DNA of 64,000 bases from Microthyrium microscopicum (Eukaryota), in contig MU004237.1 in the NCBI GenBank assembly GCA_010405405.1, positions 100,191 to 164,190 of the forward strand, read 5' to 3'. Position 1 is the first letter of the stretch. Each line of letters opens with the position of its first letter. The notes below the pieces were generated by a model, which did no database searches, was not told the DNA's origin, and saw nothing but the letters and a program-made list of their open reading frames with translations. The position numbers were made by a program, and so were the translations under genes. This document shows positions 12,500 to 24,725 of this stretch, piece after piece.

Positions 12500-13617
12500 A
12501 CTTCTGGAGTGGTGGCGTATTACCTTCGTTTGGATTTGTTTGTTCACGCGCTCTTTTGTAATTTGTGTTTGCTTTGTATGGTGTTGGGATTGCGGCCTGA
12601 TGCGAGGTATTGGGAACACTCCTGAATGAAGTGGTATAAGAAACGTTATAGACTTTTGAGTATTGGCATCGCAAAATAATATCATTTGTTTAATGGCTAT
12701 CACAAACTGATTTCTCCTTCAAATTGTAGGATTTGTTCCGCCGAGTGGTCCTACTATATGGACAACGAATATTGACCATATCGGCGGTATGCTTTCATTC
12801 ACGATGGTACTTGTGTCACAGCAACAAATTCCTTTTGGACAACTGCATCTTTGCAAAACGATTAATAACTCAGCTTTAGATTGCTCGTACGCAACAAAAT
12901 CAAAGGCTCTCTGCGATTTGGAGATTCGCTATCCCTAGAACGCTTTGATTCTGCAACACGTATTTCCCGGCAGGTACAATAAGGGAATTTGTTTCTCAGA
13001 CGAATGTTCAACTTGTGGGACTATCATCCTCATATCTGCCAACTTGTCTTTCATCCTTTATTTTGTGAGTTCCTAGGATTTTTTCAGATCATGCTATCTT
13101 TTGTTATAGGTTTCATTTCAATCTCTGTCGAATGTCTCCATGCATTCATCGATTCTGACCTCCTAACTGGTCAACAATCATTGTGAGATTTCGTATTTCA
13201 AGGATATTACCGATGATCTATAGCCAAGCTCGAAGCAATTTAATTGACTTTATTAGACTTCTTAATTTCATTAACCTTTTGTGCCTTGTAGCAGTGCTAT
13301 CCTCTCCATGTCGTCAACTTTACTCGGCCAAGCCGTTCAAGGAGTGGTTGTTCCAAGCCATTCCAAGGTTACCTCGCACTTCCGAATCATTTCTCAAACC
13401 GGAGTGGTGAATTATTGCAACAATTTTCCCATCATACGCTATTATTCTACCGGTACCCCTATCCCTCCCTGTTTTGTTTTCCCCGCATTCGGACAAGCTG
13501 GAAATCAAGCCCGAGGCTACCAAACTTACACTCCACATTTTCCAACTACATCTCTCAAGTACATCATTGTTAGAACCGAGTAATAGATACTTCAAATAAC
13601 AACATCGAGTTAGGAAC

Positions 13618-14899
13618 ATGGCGTCGAAACTACATCAAGGGCCGCCATTTCGCGCAGAGCACATGGGCAGCCTTCTCCGCCCACAAGTACTCCTGGACGT
13701 GCGAGCAACAATCCGCGACAAGGGTGTCTCTCCAGAATCCGCTGATCTACCAGCAGTCGAAGCCAGCGCCGTCGAAAATGTGATCAAACTGCAAACCGAG
13801 CTCGGCTTACGCGCAGTCACTTCCGGTGAGTTTGTGCGTACGCGCTTCTGGGGTGAGATGTGGGACCAATTCGGCGGCACACTCCGACTTGAGGACGCAG
13901 ATGCGAGCATGTTCCGCCTCTATCATCCCGACGTGGTCAGCTTGATTGAGAAGGACCGGAAAGTGATGCCCGGCGATAGCGTGATTGCGGGCGCAAAGCT
14001 ATTCCATGATCCGGATACGAGCGTGGCGAATTTGCATGAGTTGAAGCTGGTGCAGAAGTACTTGCCCAAGGAGAAATGGGGCGATATCAAGTTGACGGTG
14101 ATCACGCCTGCTTGGTTCCATATGCGGTATAAGCAGGGTAAGGCGTGGTCGAAGGGCGTGTATGGCAGTGATAAAGAGTATTTTGCGGATGTGGCGAAGG
14201 TTTATCAGGAGGAGTTGGCGATGTTGTATGCTGCTGGGCTACGGAACGTGCAGTTTGATGATCCGGGAATGGCTTGTAAGTGCTTAATTCGCTATCGAAA
14301 GTGGTAGTGGCCAGTGACTGATGAGCATAGATTTCTGCTCGAAGAGCTTTAGACAGGGTTGGGAAGAGGATAAAGACAACGATGGCACCGTGGAAGACCT
14401 CCTGGACGCTTACATCTCGCTATACAACGACTCTATCAGCAAACTTCCGGCAGATTTCCACACCGGCATTCATTTGTGTCGTGGAAACTTCATTGGTGGG
14501 AGACATTTTGCTGAGGGCTCATACGACATCATTGCTAAGAAGCTCTTCCAAAATCTGAAAGTCAACACTTTTTATCTCGAATACGACACTGAGCGAGCCG
14601 GCGGCTTTGAGCCATTGCAATTCTTGCCCAAAGATAAGAATGTGGTGCTTGGGATTATCAGCACCAAATTAAAAGCGTTGGAAGACAAGGAGGAGATGAA
14701 AAAGCGGGTGCAAAAGGCAGCAGAGTTTGTAGCAAAGGGTAGTGGACAGTCGACGGAAGAATCACTGGAACGTATTCAAGTCAGTCCCCAGTGTGGATTT
14801 AGCACACATGAGGAAGGCTATCCACTGTCAGAAGACGACGAAAAGGCTAAGCTGGGGCTCATTCGACAGATTGCTGATGAGATATGGGGCGAGCCATAA
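13618..14899 (+). CDS. Cobalamin-independent methionine synthase II-like protein (MetE catalytic domain only), 2 exons
   Basis: PPFRAEHMGSLLRP, TSGEFVR, VQFDDP, Zn-ligand motifs HLCRGN, LEYD and SPQCGF; intron about 14275-14330; about 410 aa. Confidence 0.85.
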
Positions 14900-15122
14900 G
14901 GCGACCGGAATCGATGTGGAATTCTAGAGCATGGCGAGACATAACAGTATGCTTCAAGAATATGTCGCTCCTTGACTATGCCGAGATATTCTAATAAGCA
15001 AAATGTGCAGTACTTTTCAAGGCTTGTCCAAAAGTCACTTCATCTTTCAGGAGTTTCCCGTTGCCTCCAATCAAGGCCATACTTGCAGAAACAATACAAA
15101 CAAATCCCTAATATTCCAAGTC

Positions 15123-16740
15123 CTAGTCCCATATCTCCAGGTTCACATTCCCAATACTTTCTAAAATCTCTTCCTCGTAGGGGCCGCGTGTCAACATTTC
15201 TTCACTGCCAGCTCGCCACCGATCCCAATACCTCTGGGCGACGCCTATAATGGCCAATTCATCAGGCGCGCTCCAACCTTGTCCTGCAGCGAGAGGTAGA
15301 ACCACTGGTCGGTTCGCCGTTTGCATTATTGAAGCCACTTCTTGGCTCACCTCGACCTGGCCTAATTCCACCACTCGACGGGCAAACTCTATAATACCAG
15401 ACCGACGTTGCTGTTGTAGGTGCTCGCCGGTAGGTAAACGAGATTCCAAAGCCTATTAACTGTCAGCTCATGATTATGGTATGAGACGCATATGTGCTTA
15501 AGGGGCATTTCAATTTTTCTGGTGAGATCTCATAACACGCTATGGTGCCCATCGAGTGCGATGGGAGCCATGAAGCACGATATTATTATCTCACCAAATC
15601 AAAAAAGCCAATAGTCCACTGATCCGATCGAATCCTATCGCAGCCATCGCATTGGGCGGGAGCTATAGCATCCGATCATGACCACAATGTATGTAAGCCA
15701 TCGCATGCGCTGGCAGCGGCGGGTCATCTGGAGCTATCGCACATGCCTGTTACAAAACTGTTGGATGCAGGGGAATCTTACCTTGAGTGGCACTCGAGCT
15801 GGTCCCGAAATCGTTGCCAGGAATGCGAAGTGCTTTGCCTGATCCAGCGGCGGAATCTCGTCACGTTGCCATTGTGCATCCTCCTTGATGCGACCACGTG
15901 CCTTGTCATCAACGAAAAGATAGTCTGGACAGCACAGCGGCTTCCTATCTGTGCGGAACGTAGCAAGAGCCACTCTTTCGAAGAGACGTTGGTCGGCTTC
16001 CAGGTCGTCGAGAGTGTATCGCAGATTATGGTGAAACTTGAAGATCCTCCAAGGATAAGCACAAAGCTCAGGAGTATACAACAACCCCGGATGATTGATC
16101 AAGGAGGGTGGTTGTCCGTGGTGACGTATATAGGTCATCACCTCGTCAAAAGAGGCAAGATAACCACCCTCAATCATCTTGTCTGGGTCAACTTGTTCCT
16201 CCCAGGCAAGCCAGGCTTCAACCACATTGGGCAGTACATCCCGTTCGTAATGCAAGTGGTACACTTTGGTATCCCTGTAATGCATTAGTATCAGATCCAA
16301 CACGCAATGAGAACTTCGTTCCATGTTATAGGTGACAGTCTTCATAACAACATATGGGAGCCATCGCACCCGATGGGAACCAGAGCCTTTGATCAGGATC
16401 AAATCTTATGGGAGCCATCAAGGGCGATGGCAGCCACCGTATATATGTGAATCATGGACAGCCACTAAAATATAGGATTTGCAACGAGGTGATCTTACCA
16501 TGTAGGTGACATGTTGTCGAAGAAGGCGGGATTGCTGTCATTATATATTGCTTCAGGGGATATTAATGACTTGTCTAGCTCTTGTAGTACATCGTCTGAG
16601 AGCTGAGATTCAGAAGACAAGCCCAAAGAATCATAACTCCGAGAGAAGCAGGAATCATACGAGGAATCCAGAGAAAGGGAATTTGATGAAGAGAGGATTT
16701 GCTCGGTAGGAGAGCCACAATATGTTGGAACTTTAGCCAT
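15123..16740 (-). CDS. Hypothetical multi-exon protein
   Basis: Three same-strand ORFs (16495-16740, 15734-16402, 15123-15449) with GTAAGA donors at 16498 and 15781 and a CTGAC...TAG acceptor at 15453. No recognised domain; exon structure uncertain. Confidence 0.45.
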
Positions 16741-17405
16741 GATTGCAATGGTTGCGGATGAAATTAATAAGATATGTGTTTGAAGAGTGTCTTAATGCTT
16801 TTATGCAAAGATCTTGTTGAAAGTTTGACGTGTTACGATACAAGAGAATCTCGAAGAATCGAAGATGGGAGGACTTTATGAGGAATTATCCAGGCGACTG
16901 ACAGTGACATTTTGCTCAACCATGGTTCTCATGTCCGGCTTGCCGTCCAATAGGAAGGTATCTAGTAACCAGATTGTATCGTGAACTTCAACCAGGGATC
17001 AATTCGGAGTTTAGGCCACCATCAAATTGCTCGCTGCTGCCAGTAACGTCGTTTCCCATCGAATGCCATGTCATCCATACACTGTGTAATTTTGCAAATG
17101 CTTTCTTGGCCATCGGCTTCGTGAAGTATTCGACAGATTATAGCATGCCATGGGAGAGCACGCAGTCTTTCTTCAAGAGGTGTTATGGCAGACATCGCTA
17201 CTGGTGGGAGCAGCCGTAATATTCAGCAAAGGTAGGCTTCAGATTGATACAAGATCTCCGGTATTTGAAGCAACCATGGTTGGAGGTTTTTGGTTCCATG
17301 AGCAGTCTGCAAAGAACTGTTGTTAAAAGCTTGTCTGCAGTAAGGCCCCCTTTCTGGGAAGCTGAGACGATTTTGTGCCAAAACAAAGGCTCGGAAGTTG
17401 TTTGA

Positions 17406-17435
17406 TGGCATTCTGGCATTCTGGCATTCTGGCAT
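17406..17435. repeat. 8-bp tandem repeat (TGGCATTC) x about 3.7
   Basis: tggcattctggcattctggcattctggcat read directly. Confidence 0.9.
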
Positions 17436-18648
17436 CATGGTCCATCATTAAAATCATTCTCTTTCAAGGATATCAAAGGCTGGGGTTTTTCATGCATTCA
17501 GTATTTTTATGCATTAATCAGAACCTCACGATCGAGCAATTGAGGTTGGAGGTGTCGACAGAACATCACGGCACCAAGTGCTAGTACTACTGCTAGATTA
17601 CCGAGTTAACGTACGGAGTACCGTGCCTCATTTTAAATCCTTGATGGGCAAGGTTTCTACTTTACGGCACTTGGCTAATGACTCTGAGTCTAGTGTCCTG
17701 AACCTGCTAGGCGCTAGCAAATTACTCTAACATGTACCATCTAGTGCGCTTGATGATTTGTGAAATGTCTCTAGCCTGCTCTTTCTCAGTCCTACATCTT
17801 GTCCATAGTGGTACCGTCAACTTTCTACTTCAACTCGGGTACCCTAGAAGCATCGGTCCCAAACTCGCGAGCTTTATCAACTACAACACTTCCTATGCCC
17901 ATAATCTGATGGTATCGAAAACAGACAATCATTATTTATGTCTTGGTATCAGACGTAAGAATGGAAGAGGGAAATAGTGGACCCAGCGATCAGGCTGAAC
18001 GCAAGGCTGAGCGCTTTGGCCATCGTGATTCGTCTACGTCATGAAGCATATCAATGATAGAATTATCTCTGATGCGAAGACCATACCGACTCATCGAAAC
18101 ATTAGTGAACGTACAAGAAAGCCACCCACGACAATGATTTATTCGCAGAATCGCCAGCCACGAGACATCATTCGGTCAGAGCTAGGTATGCTTGGCTTCA
18201 TCATCAGTGCATCACTGATCTCAAAATTCAAATGTGGAAACCTGCCACGACTTGTAAGCCACGGTGAGTTCGGATCTTGCAGGAACATAATACTATTAAG
18301 ATGAGAATCTCCGAATCATCATTCGATCACCGATTGACGCCTATCATCGCACGATCTCAAGCATTTACTTCTCAATGATGCACAATGCGGATGCGGTCCA
18401 GCGTCAATTACAATGCTCCTTGCACCGCAAAGTCGTTAGAGTATGGGCATTTTGATTTGTAGATTGCTCATCTTTATAATGCGTCATTCACAGGACAAGA
18501 TCTTCTGTTATACTGTTTGCATATAAATCTGATGCTCTTCCTCAAGGCAATTCAGTCAACCATCAACCAGACCATCATACTCAATAAAGATCATCATCGA
18601 TATATCAAGTTCTCAACACAATCACAATCGCAACCACATTACGAAATC

Positions 18649-18999
18649 ATGTCTGCGCAAAATGTCGATGGCTCTTACAACGAGCAAAATGATTCCAGCT
18701 ATGCTACGAAGCGTAACGAGCAAGTTCCGGTGGTCAAAGATTCCGACATTGAAGACCCTATTGATGCCAACACGGCTGATTCTGACGCCCAGCTAGGTGA
18801 GTGTGGTTCTTGTATGGCCTATACATGCTGATTCTTGACAGAGCGAGATGACCGTGAAGCTATTGACAAAGATAATGTCATTAACCAGCGAACTCGTGGA
18901 GCAAAGGTTGGCAAAGGAGCATATGCTGATCCTGACGAAGATGATTTGCCGTCGGAGGTATTAGATGGGAACAATGGACGCAGTGCCGTAAGCCAGTAG
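18649..18999 (+). CDS. Small acidic hydrophilic protein with a CHZ (histone chaperone)-like motif, 2 exons
   Basis: MSAQNVDG...VPVVKDSDIEDPIDANTADSDAQL / intron 18797-18841 / ERDDREAIDKDNVINQRTRGAK...YADPDEDDLP. The IDxxNII..RTRG pattern resembles the CHZ motif. TATA-like CATATAAAT lies at about 18520. Confidence 0.7.
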
Positions 19000-19230
19000 T
19001 AATATGTACTATGTTTTATGCAATTGGTGTGAATGAGCAGATTCAATGAAAAGCGTTTACCATCTGATCGTTGTACTGATTTCATTTCGAGTAAGGCTAT
19101 TGGGATTTTTACTTCTGCATCAAAGGATGCACTTCTGCAGACACGTTAGCGACAATTATAATTGTGAGTTTCATTGATGATACTGCTAGAAGCGTCGCAA
19201 ACATCGCTGTAGTGTTACTCTGCCAACGGT

Positions 19231-19296
19231 TACCAATTTATACATACCCGTTAACAGTTTTACCAATTTATACATACCCGTTAACAGTTTCACCAA
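19231..19296. repeat. Perfect 30-bp direct tandem duplication
   Basis: TACCAATTTATACATACCCGTTAACAGTTT at 19231-19260 and 19261-19290, followed by a partial third copy CACCAA. Confidence 0.95.
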
Positions 19297-19891
19297 CATC
19301 GCGCTCATTATGTGTATGCAATCCGGATTTTGTTCCCGGTGTTGAGTTATAGTATCCCTTCGTTCGCTCTCTCTTTGGATATTCCATGGTACCTGTAGAT
19401 TTTAGGAGCAAAGTGGCGATCCAGAACTCCAGATAACTAACTCTCAAATTTTCCCCCTAAAACCAATCTGTTGTTAGAAAAAGCGATATCTGACGGGAAG
19501 TTCATCGAGATACCTCCCGAGCGAAAGTCGAATATATGCGCAAATCATGAGCTCAGTACTGTCCCAAAAAGGAAGGAAGTCGAAAAGGCGGTTGCTGGCT
19601 CAACGCGCACGGGCGCTTCCGTAGCAGGGGTAGCTTTCCGTCTTCAGCTCTCGAAATGCCAACGCAGAGTTCAGGAGCAAAAAGCAACACCACAAATCTG
19701 CTCTTGTCTGAAATATTGCCAGAAACGCTCTTGACCATTGATCATTATCGATACAATGGTACAGCAACGACACTCGCTTCAAACTGTAAAGTTATCCACC
19801 CTTGCTCTTTTTGTTCATCCATTGACCTAATCGTCCAGATTCCCACGTAAACAACCACCCAATTGCGCCCACCCGGGCAACAATCTTCACC

Positions 19892-20758
19892 ATGTGGAAT
19901 GCAAAGCTTCTCCAATCCATTTCTCTCGCCAGTACGATCCAATCCGCTCTCGCCGCCGGTGTTTCCACCCTCGCATACACTCCCGCTGTTCTTGACCTTG
20001 ACTATGCTCACGCCGCCAACACCAGCTCTCCCAATGAGCACTTTGAACTATTGAAGCGCGACGGCAACTGTCCATCCGGCTACTCGTCGTGCGCATACAT
20101 TGGTGCGCCTGCTTTCTGCTGCAAAGGCAACGCCAACTGCGCGATCGATAGTGTCGGTCACGCAGCCTGCTGTCCTGCCGGTGCAGTCTGTACAGGCACC
20201 ATCAACGGCAATGGCTTCGTGACCGCTGGCAGCGCAACGACATCGACTACAACCACCACAGCTGGCGGCGGCGTGGTAGTGGCCGGTACAACTGCTAGCC
20301 CCGCAACACTGGCGACCGGAAGTGCGAGTGTTGTACCCAACGCATACTACCCTTACAAGATCATCCCAACCACGTATACCAATGCTGGAGCATGCTCGGC
20401 AGCTTGGTCGGGCTGCCAGACGGATCTTGCGCGATGCACGGCATATCTCCAAGGTAGCGGTGTCGCGACCGTCGCGGCCACCATAGGAGGTGTCACCGGC
20501 AATGCGGGCGTGACGATTTCAGCACCGAATATTGGAGGAGGATCAACATTGCCCAGTCCGACTATCACGCTGCCGGCGGCACAGGCGAGCAGCGTTTGCT
20601 CGAGTTTGAGCATTCAAGCGTGCTCGAATTTGAACGCCACAGCATGCGTTGTGTTTGGGACAAGCACGGCTGGAAATGGAGCGGGTCACGCGTGTGGAAT
20701 GGCATACACCGCTGTAGTTGGAGGAGCGGTTGGAATTGCTGGAGGATTACTTTTGTGA
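19892..20758 (+). CDS. Secreted, probably GPI-anchored Cys-rich and Ser/Thr-rich cell-surface protein
   Basis: 288 aa single exon: signal peptide, dibasic LKR site before a Cys cluster (CPSGYSSC...CC...C...CCPAGAVC), Thr-rich linker, second Cys cluster, hydrophobic C-terminal tail (YTAVVGGAVGIAGGLLL). Confidence 0.8.
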   Translation: MWNAKLLQSISLASTIQSALAAGVSTLAYTPAVLDLDYAHAANTSSPNEHFELLKRDGNCPSGYSSCAYIGAPAFCCKGNANCAIDSVGHAACCPAGAVCTGTINGNGFVTAGSATTSTTTTTAGGGVVVAGTTASPATLATGSASVVPNAYYPYKIIPTTYTNAGACSAAWSGCQTDLARCTAYLQGSGVATVAATIGGVTGNAGVTISAPNIGGGSTLPSPTITLPAAQASSVCSSLSIQACSNLNATACVVFGTSTAGNGAGHACGMAYTAVVGGAVGIAGGLLL

Positions 20759-21069
20759 TGAAAGGGGAGACGCAATAAGATGAGGGATATGATATGGATT
20801 TCAAGGCATAGCGCGGCGTTGAACTGGGTTTATTTATGCGTTACGGGTAATCTTAAAGTCAATGATCAAGTGCAAGTAAAAATGGGTACAACGATGGGAT
20901 TTAGATAGCTTTTTCAACAAATGAAGCCAACATTGGTGCTTTCTGGGAACATTATTCCATGATATAGGTTGCTATCAGCTTTCCAACGATCCTGCCAGCC
21001 TGGGTATCTTCCTAGTTCCTCCGGGTATCAAATATTCATATCCTCATTATTCAAGCGCCAACACGATCA

Positions 21070-22306
21070 TTACCCCAACAAAAAAGCCGGGACATGGTCA
21101 ATCGCGGCGGAATCTTTGCTATCATCTTCTTTCTTGACCTGTACTTGCTGCGTGCCTTGCTTCTTTTTAGCCAGACGAGCAGCGAGTGCACTTGGAAGAA
21201 CACGTCTGCGAATTGGCACAAAATCATCATCCTGGGAGGGCGGAGAGTCGCTACGCTTGATAGGTGGCGATGACTTCTGCTTTTCAGAAACTGATTCTTC
21301 TGGCTTTGCTGATGGAACTCTGCTATTTCGCGAACCCCTCGATATTGATGATGTCCCGGACTTGAGAAATGCTAGAGGCGCAGTTTCTTGCTCAGCTTTT
21401 AGCGTTCTGCTAGCCGAAGCACGCCCCAGCCAGTCTCCGTCGCTGTATTTTGTTTCTTTGAGCGGTGGAAGTGTAGCATTGCGATTTGGGGGAGCTTTAC
21501 CCTTCACCTGCGGCACGCCTAGCCGCCCAGTTGAAGCTGCTCTGGAAATTTTCGTATTTGGGGTATCCAGATCTAGATTATCGAGATCATCGCTGACTGG
21601 ATTTACTTTCTGATCTTTCTGACGTCGGGTCGGTAATACTCGTGGCGACGGGCTCTCTGATGGTGTAGAAGCGCGAACAGGCTTACGGACAATCAGAGGC
21701 ACCTTTGGCAAATATTTGTCTCCTCGGTTACCCACCAAAGCGGCCAGAGTCTTGTCCTGCAAGAAAGGATTCTCGAATGGATCCTCAGAGTCGTCACTAT
21801 CACCATCATCCTTCCGCTCAGAAACTGCAGGCAGAGCTCGTCCAGCTTTCTTTCGCTGTTCCTCGGCGCGCTTGACCATGCGGTTCTCGTAACTCATCTT
21901 GGCCTTGGAATTAGTGTTACGAGTGCGAGAGTCACGTTGTAGACGTTCTTTGCGCTTTTTGTAATCGGCGCGGTGGATATGAGCGGTGAAGATTTGAGCT
22001 GTCGCGAAAAGCTCGTCTTCGACCATTTGCCAGGCATCGTCATTATCGTATCCTTCGATCATGTACTCTTCCCTGGGAAGTGGAGGCGGAGGGGAGCTGG
22101 AGGGCTGTCGCACTGTGCTTCTGTTAGATACAAAGCGTTACATTTGGATATGTGAACATACCTCTCTTTCGGGGTGGAGAACCGTCTGTGAAGTCAGAGT
22201 GTTCAGCATCTTGACTAGGTGAGCGGCGCTTTTGGGTACGCTTCGTCGTCGGCGACGACTTGATCTTCGTTTCCGCCTCAACAAGCCACGGAAGTATGCG
22301 AGGCAT
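21070..22306 (-). CDS. Hypothetical low-complexity protein, probably nuclear, 2 exons
   Basis: ORF 22124-22306 (MPRILPWL...) and ORF 21070-22113 are joined by a GTATGT...CTAAC...AG intron near 22160-22114. Ordered segment SSPPPPLPREEYMIEGYDNDDAWQMVEDELFATAQIFTAHIHRADY; basic, Ser-rich remainder. Confidence 0.7.
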
Positions 22307-22917
22307 GGTTTATGAGTTTCTACATTTTTAAAGGAGGATGGAGGTTAAAGATCAAGAAGTATTACCAACTCGAGAGGACTTTGCTGGAAGCACCTCACCT
22401 ACGGTAGGAAGGCACCTCTCCGCAGGCGCCACCTGCCTAAATTGGTACTACGCGACGAGACGCGCTTGCCGCGCGATAGACGTAGAGAGGTGGAGTTTAA
22501 TCGTCTTGCTTTCCTCTACTTCATCGTATGAAGCTCATCAGCAAATATCTCTTCAGATATGCCTCGTCTACGCATAATCGAGTTTATACCATCAATTGAT
22601 CAGAGTCGAACGATGAGCCGCAATCGCGAGACAACTGGGTTCGTACCTAGTTGGCGACTAAGAAGTCCACACACGCATTGATCCATTTGAACTAGATGAC
22701 AGGCTAGCATATTCTCCAAAATACTGACTACTTCAAAGTATAGCTGAATAGCTGAGAAGCATCGCAGTGAGAGAATGCAGGCTGCGCGGCACTTGGCTGA
22801 CTAAGGCTGTAGACTCATGGACCTTCATGCATGAAGTAGCCCGCTCAGGATCGGAACGTCTCCTTTTACATTGAAAGCCGCACGAGAAGCTCCATAGCTG
22901 CGCTTCCCAGGAAACAG

Positions 22918-24725
22918 ATGCGTCTACTTCATACTACAGAGCTATACTCTGAAAATGTCTTGCGCGAGGACCCAGAACCTTACGCTGTCCTCTCCCACAC
23001 GTGGGACTATTTGGAGACGACATACCAGGAAATGGTCGGACCAAACTTTAAGATCTCCCCTGGTTATGGGAAGATAAAAAGCTGCTGCGACACTATCAAG
23101 AAAGACCATAAGTGGGTATGGATAGATACATGTTGCATAGATAAGGTCAGTCTTTATCCAATTGCTTCATTTGGGAACTCTCTCGTTTAACTCGCCATCT
23201 ATAGACTAGCTCTGCGGAACTTGGTGAAGCCATCAATTCCATGTACTATTGGTACCAACGAGCAACGGTTTGTTACGTTTATCTAACGGACTTCGAGGGC
23301 CATAACGTAACTCTCGAGAAACTACGACGGTGCAAGTGGTTTACTAGAGGTTGGACATTGCAAGAACTTCTCGCACCTAGAAAAGTTATCTTTTGGAACA
23401 GTCATTGGGAAGAAATTGGAACGAAGCAGTCCATGGCGAACCTTATTTCAACAATTACTGGCATTCCACTCGAAGTTCTGCAGGGAAAACTTCCAGCAAG
23501 AGACTGTAACATAGCACAGCGCTTTTCCTGGGCTGCAAAACGAAACACTACGCGAAGTGAGGACATTGCGTATTGTCTCCTGGGGCTCTTTGATTGCCAA
23601 ATGAGCCCGATTTATGGTGAAGGTAGCACCAAGGCTTTTTTCAGACTTCAAGAAGAGATCCTCAAGCGATGGAACGACCAAACCATATTTTTGTGGACGC
23701 ATGCGCACGATCCTAGAAATAACGGCTTACTGGCTACATCCCCGAAACCATTCTGCAAACACCCGGAGTGTTTTAGCTGGCTATTTGATGCGAACTGGAA
23801 TCAACAAAATATTAGTGAAGGCTTCGACCCGTACAAGTATTTAGTTCCAGTTGCGGCTGACATTCTACAAGTCACTATTGCAGATAAGGGCGTTGAATAC
23901 GGCATCAAGCCAGGACATAATCCCTCAAGAGCGGGTGGCTTTTTTCTCGGACCAGAAGGCTTGCAAGTGTCACTGCTGTTTTCCAAAGACATTAACGCCG
24001 TAAAGGATACCGAGATCTTTCGCCAGTATAGGCAACTGATATGTTTCGACGTGTTGGCTAGAAAACCAATGTCCCCACCCAATAGAGTTCTGCTGTGGCT
24101 CGAATACGATCCTGTTACCGATAGTAGCTCACAGAACATTAGCCGAAGAGGCCTCTTGAGTCGTTATCCATATGTCGAAGGCCTAGAAGTTCCTTTTTGG
24201 CAATATAGGCTTTTTCCAGATCAAACCACTCAGTTCTTCCGTCAAACGTTCCCAGTCTCTCAGCAGGAACCGACAGAGGCATACAAGGATACGGCCAAGT
24301 TCGCATTCAAGGAGCTTCCAGCATCAGGAAGAACAGTAGCCGTGTACTACGAACCAGCTGGCCTGCAACATCTGCACGGAAGTCGGCCTCGCCCCATCTC
24401 GTGTGACTGTGCAACAGTACGTTTCGATCATGAGCACCCGTCTTGTGGAGGCGCGCCTTTTCAGATCGCGTTTGGTGTACATGGTCGCAACAAGGAAACC
24501 TGGTGTCACATTCTCAGCACACATGAGGGTATGAACAGAACACTATGCCGTCGGTTGGTAGCACAAAGCACGCGATTCAAAAATCACTGTTACATGGCAT
24601 TAGACAAGAGTCATGATGTTCGATTAACTGTCTATCCCAACATAGATGGTGATAGTCCGATAGACTTTGATGTTTGTTTGTATATTATCAAGCGGGGCCT
24701 GATTGATGGCCCGGATGTAAGGTAA
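22918..24725 (+). CDS. HET-domain (heterokaryon incompatibility) protein, 2 exons
   Basis: MRLL, YAVLSHTW, WVWIDTCCIDK / intron about 23146-23204 / SSAELGEAINSMYYWY..ATVCYVYL, WFTRGWTLQELLAP, SWAAKRNTTRSEDIAYCLLGLFD...PIYGEG..AFFRLQEEIL. Confidence 0.9.

Noticed and set aside
19231..19296. CRISPR-like 30-bp repeat
   Set aside because: The units are directly adjacent with no spacers, and the sequence is eukaryotic.
20969..21613. 214-aa plus-strand ORF and similar antisense ORFs (for example 7758-8192, 15743-16288, 44519-44926)
   Set aside because: Shadow frames of better-supported genes on the opposite strand; no motifs.
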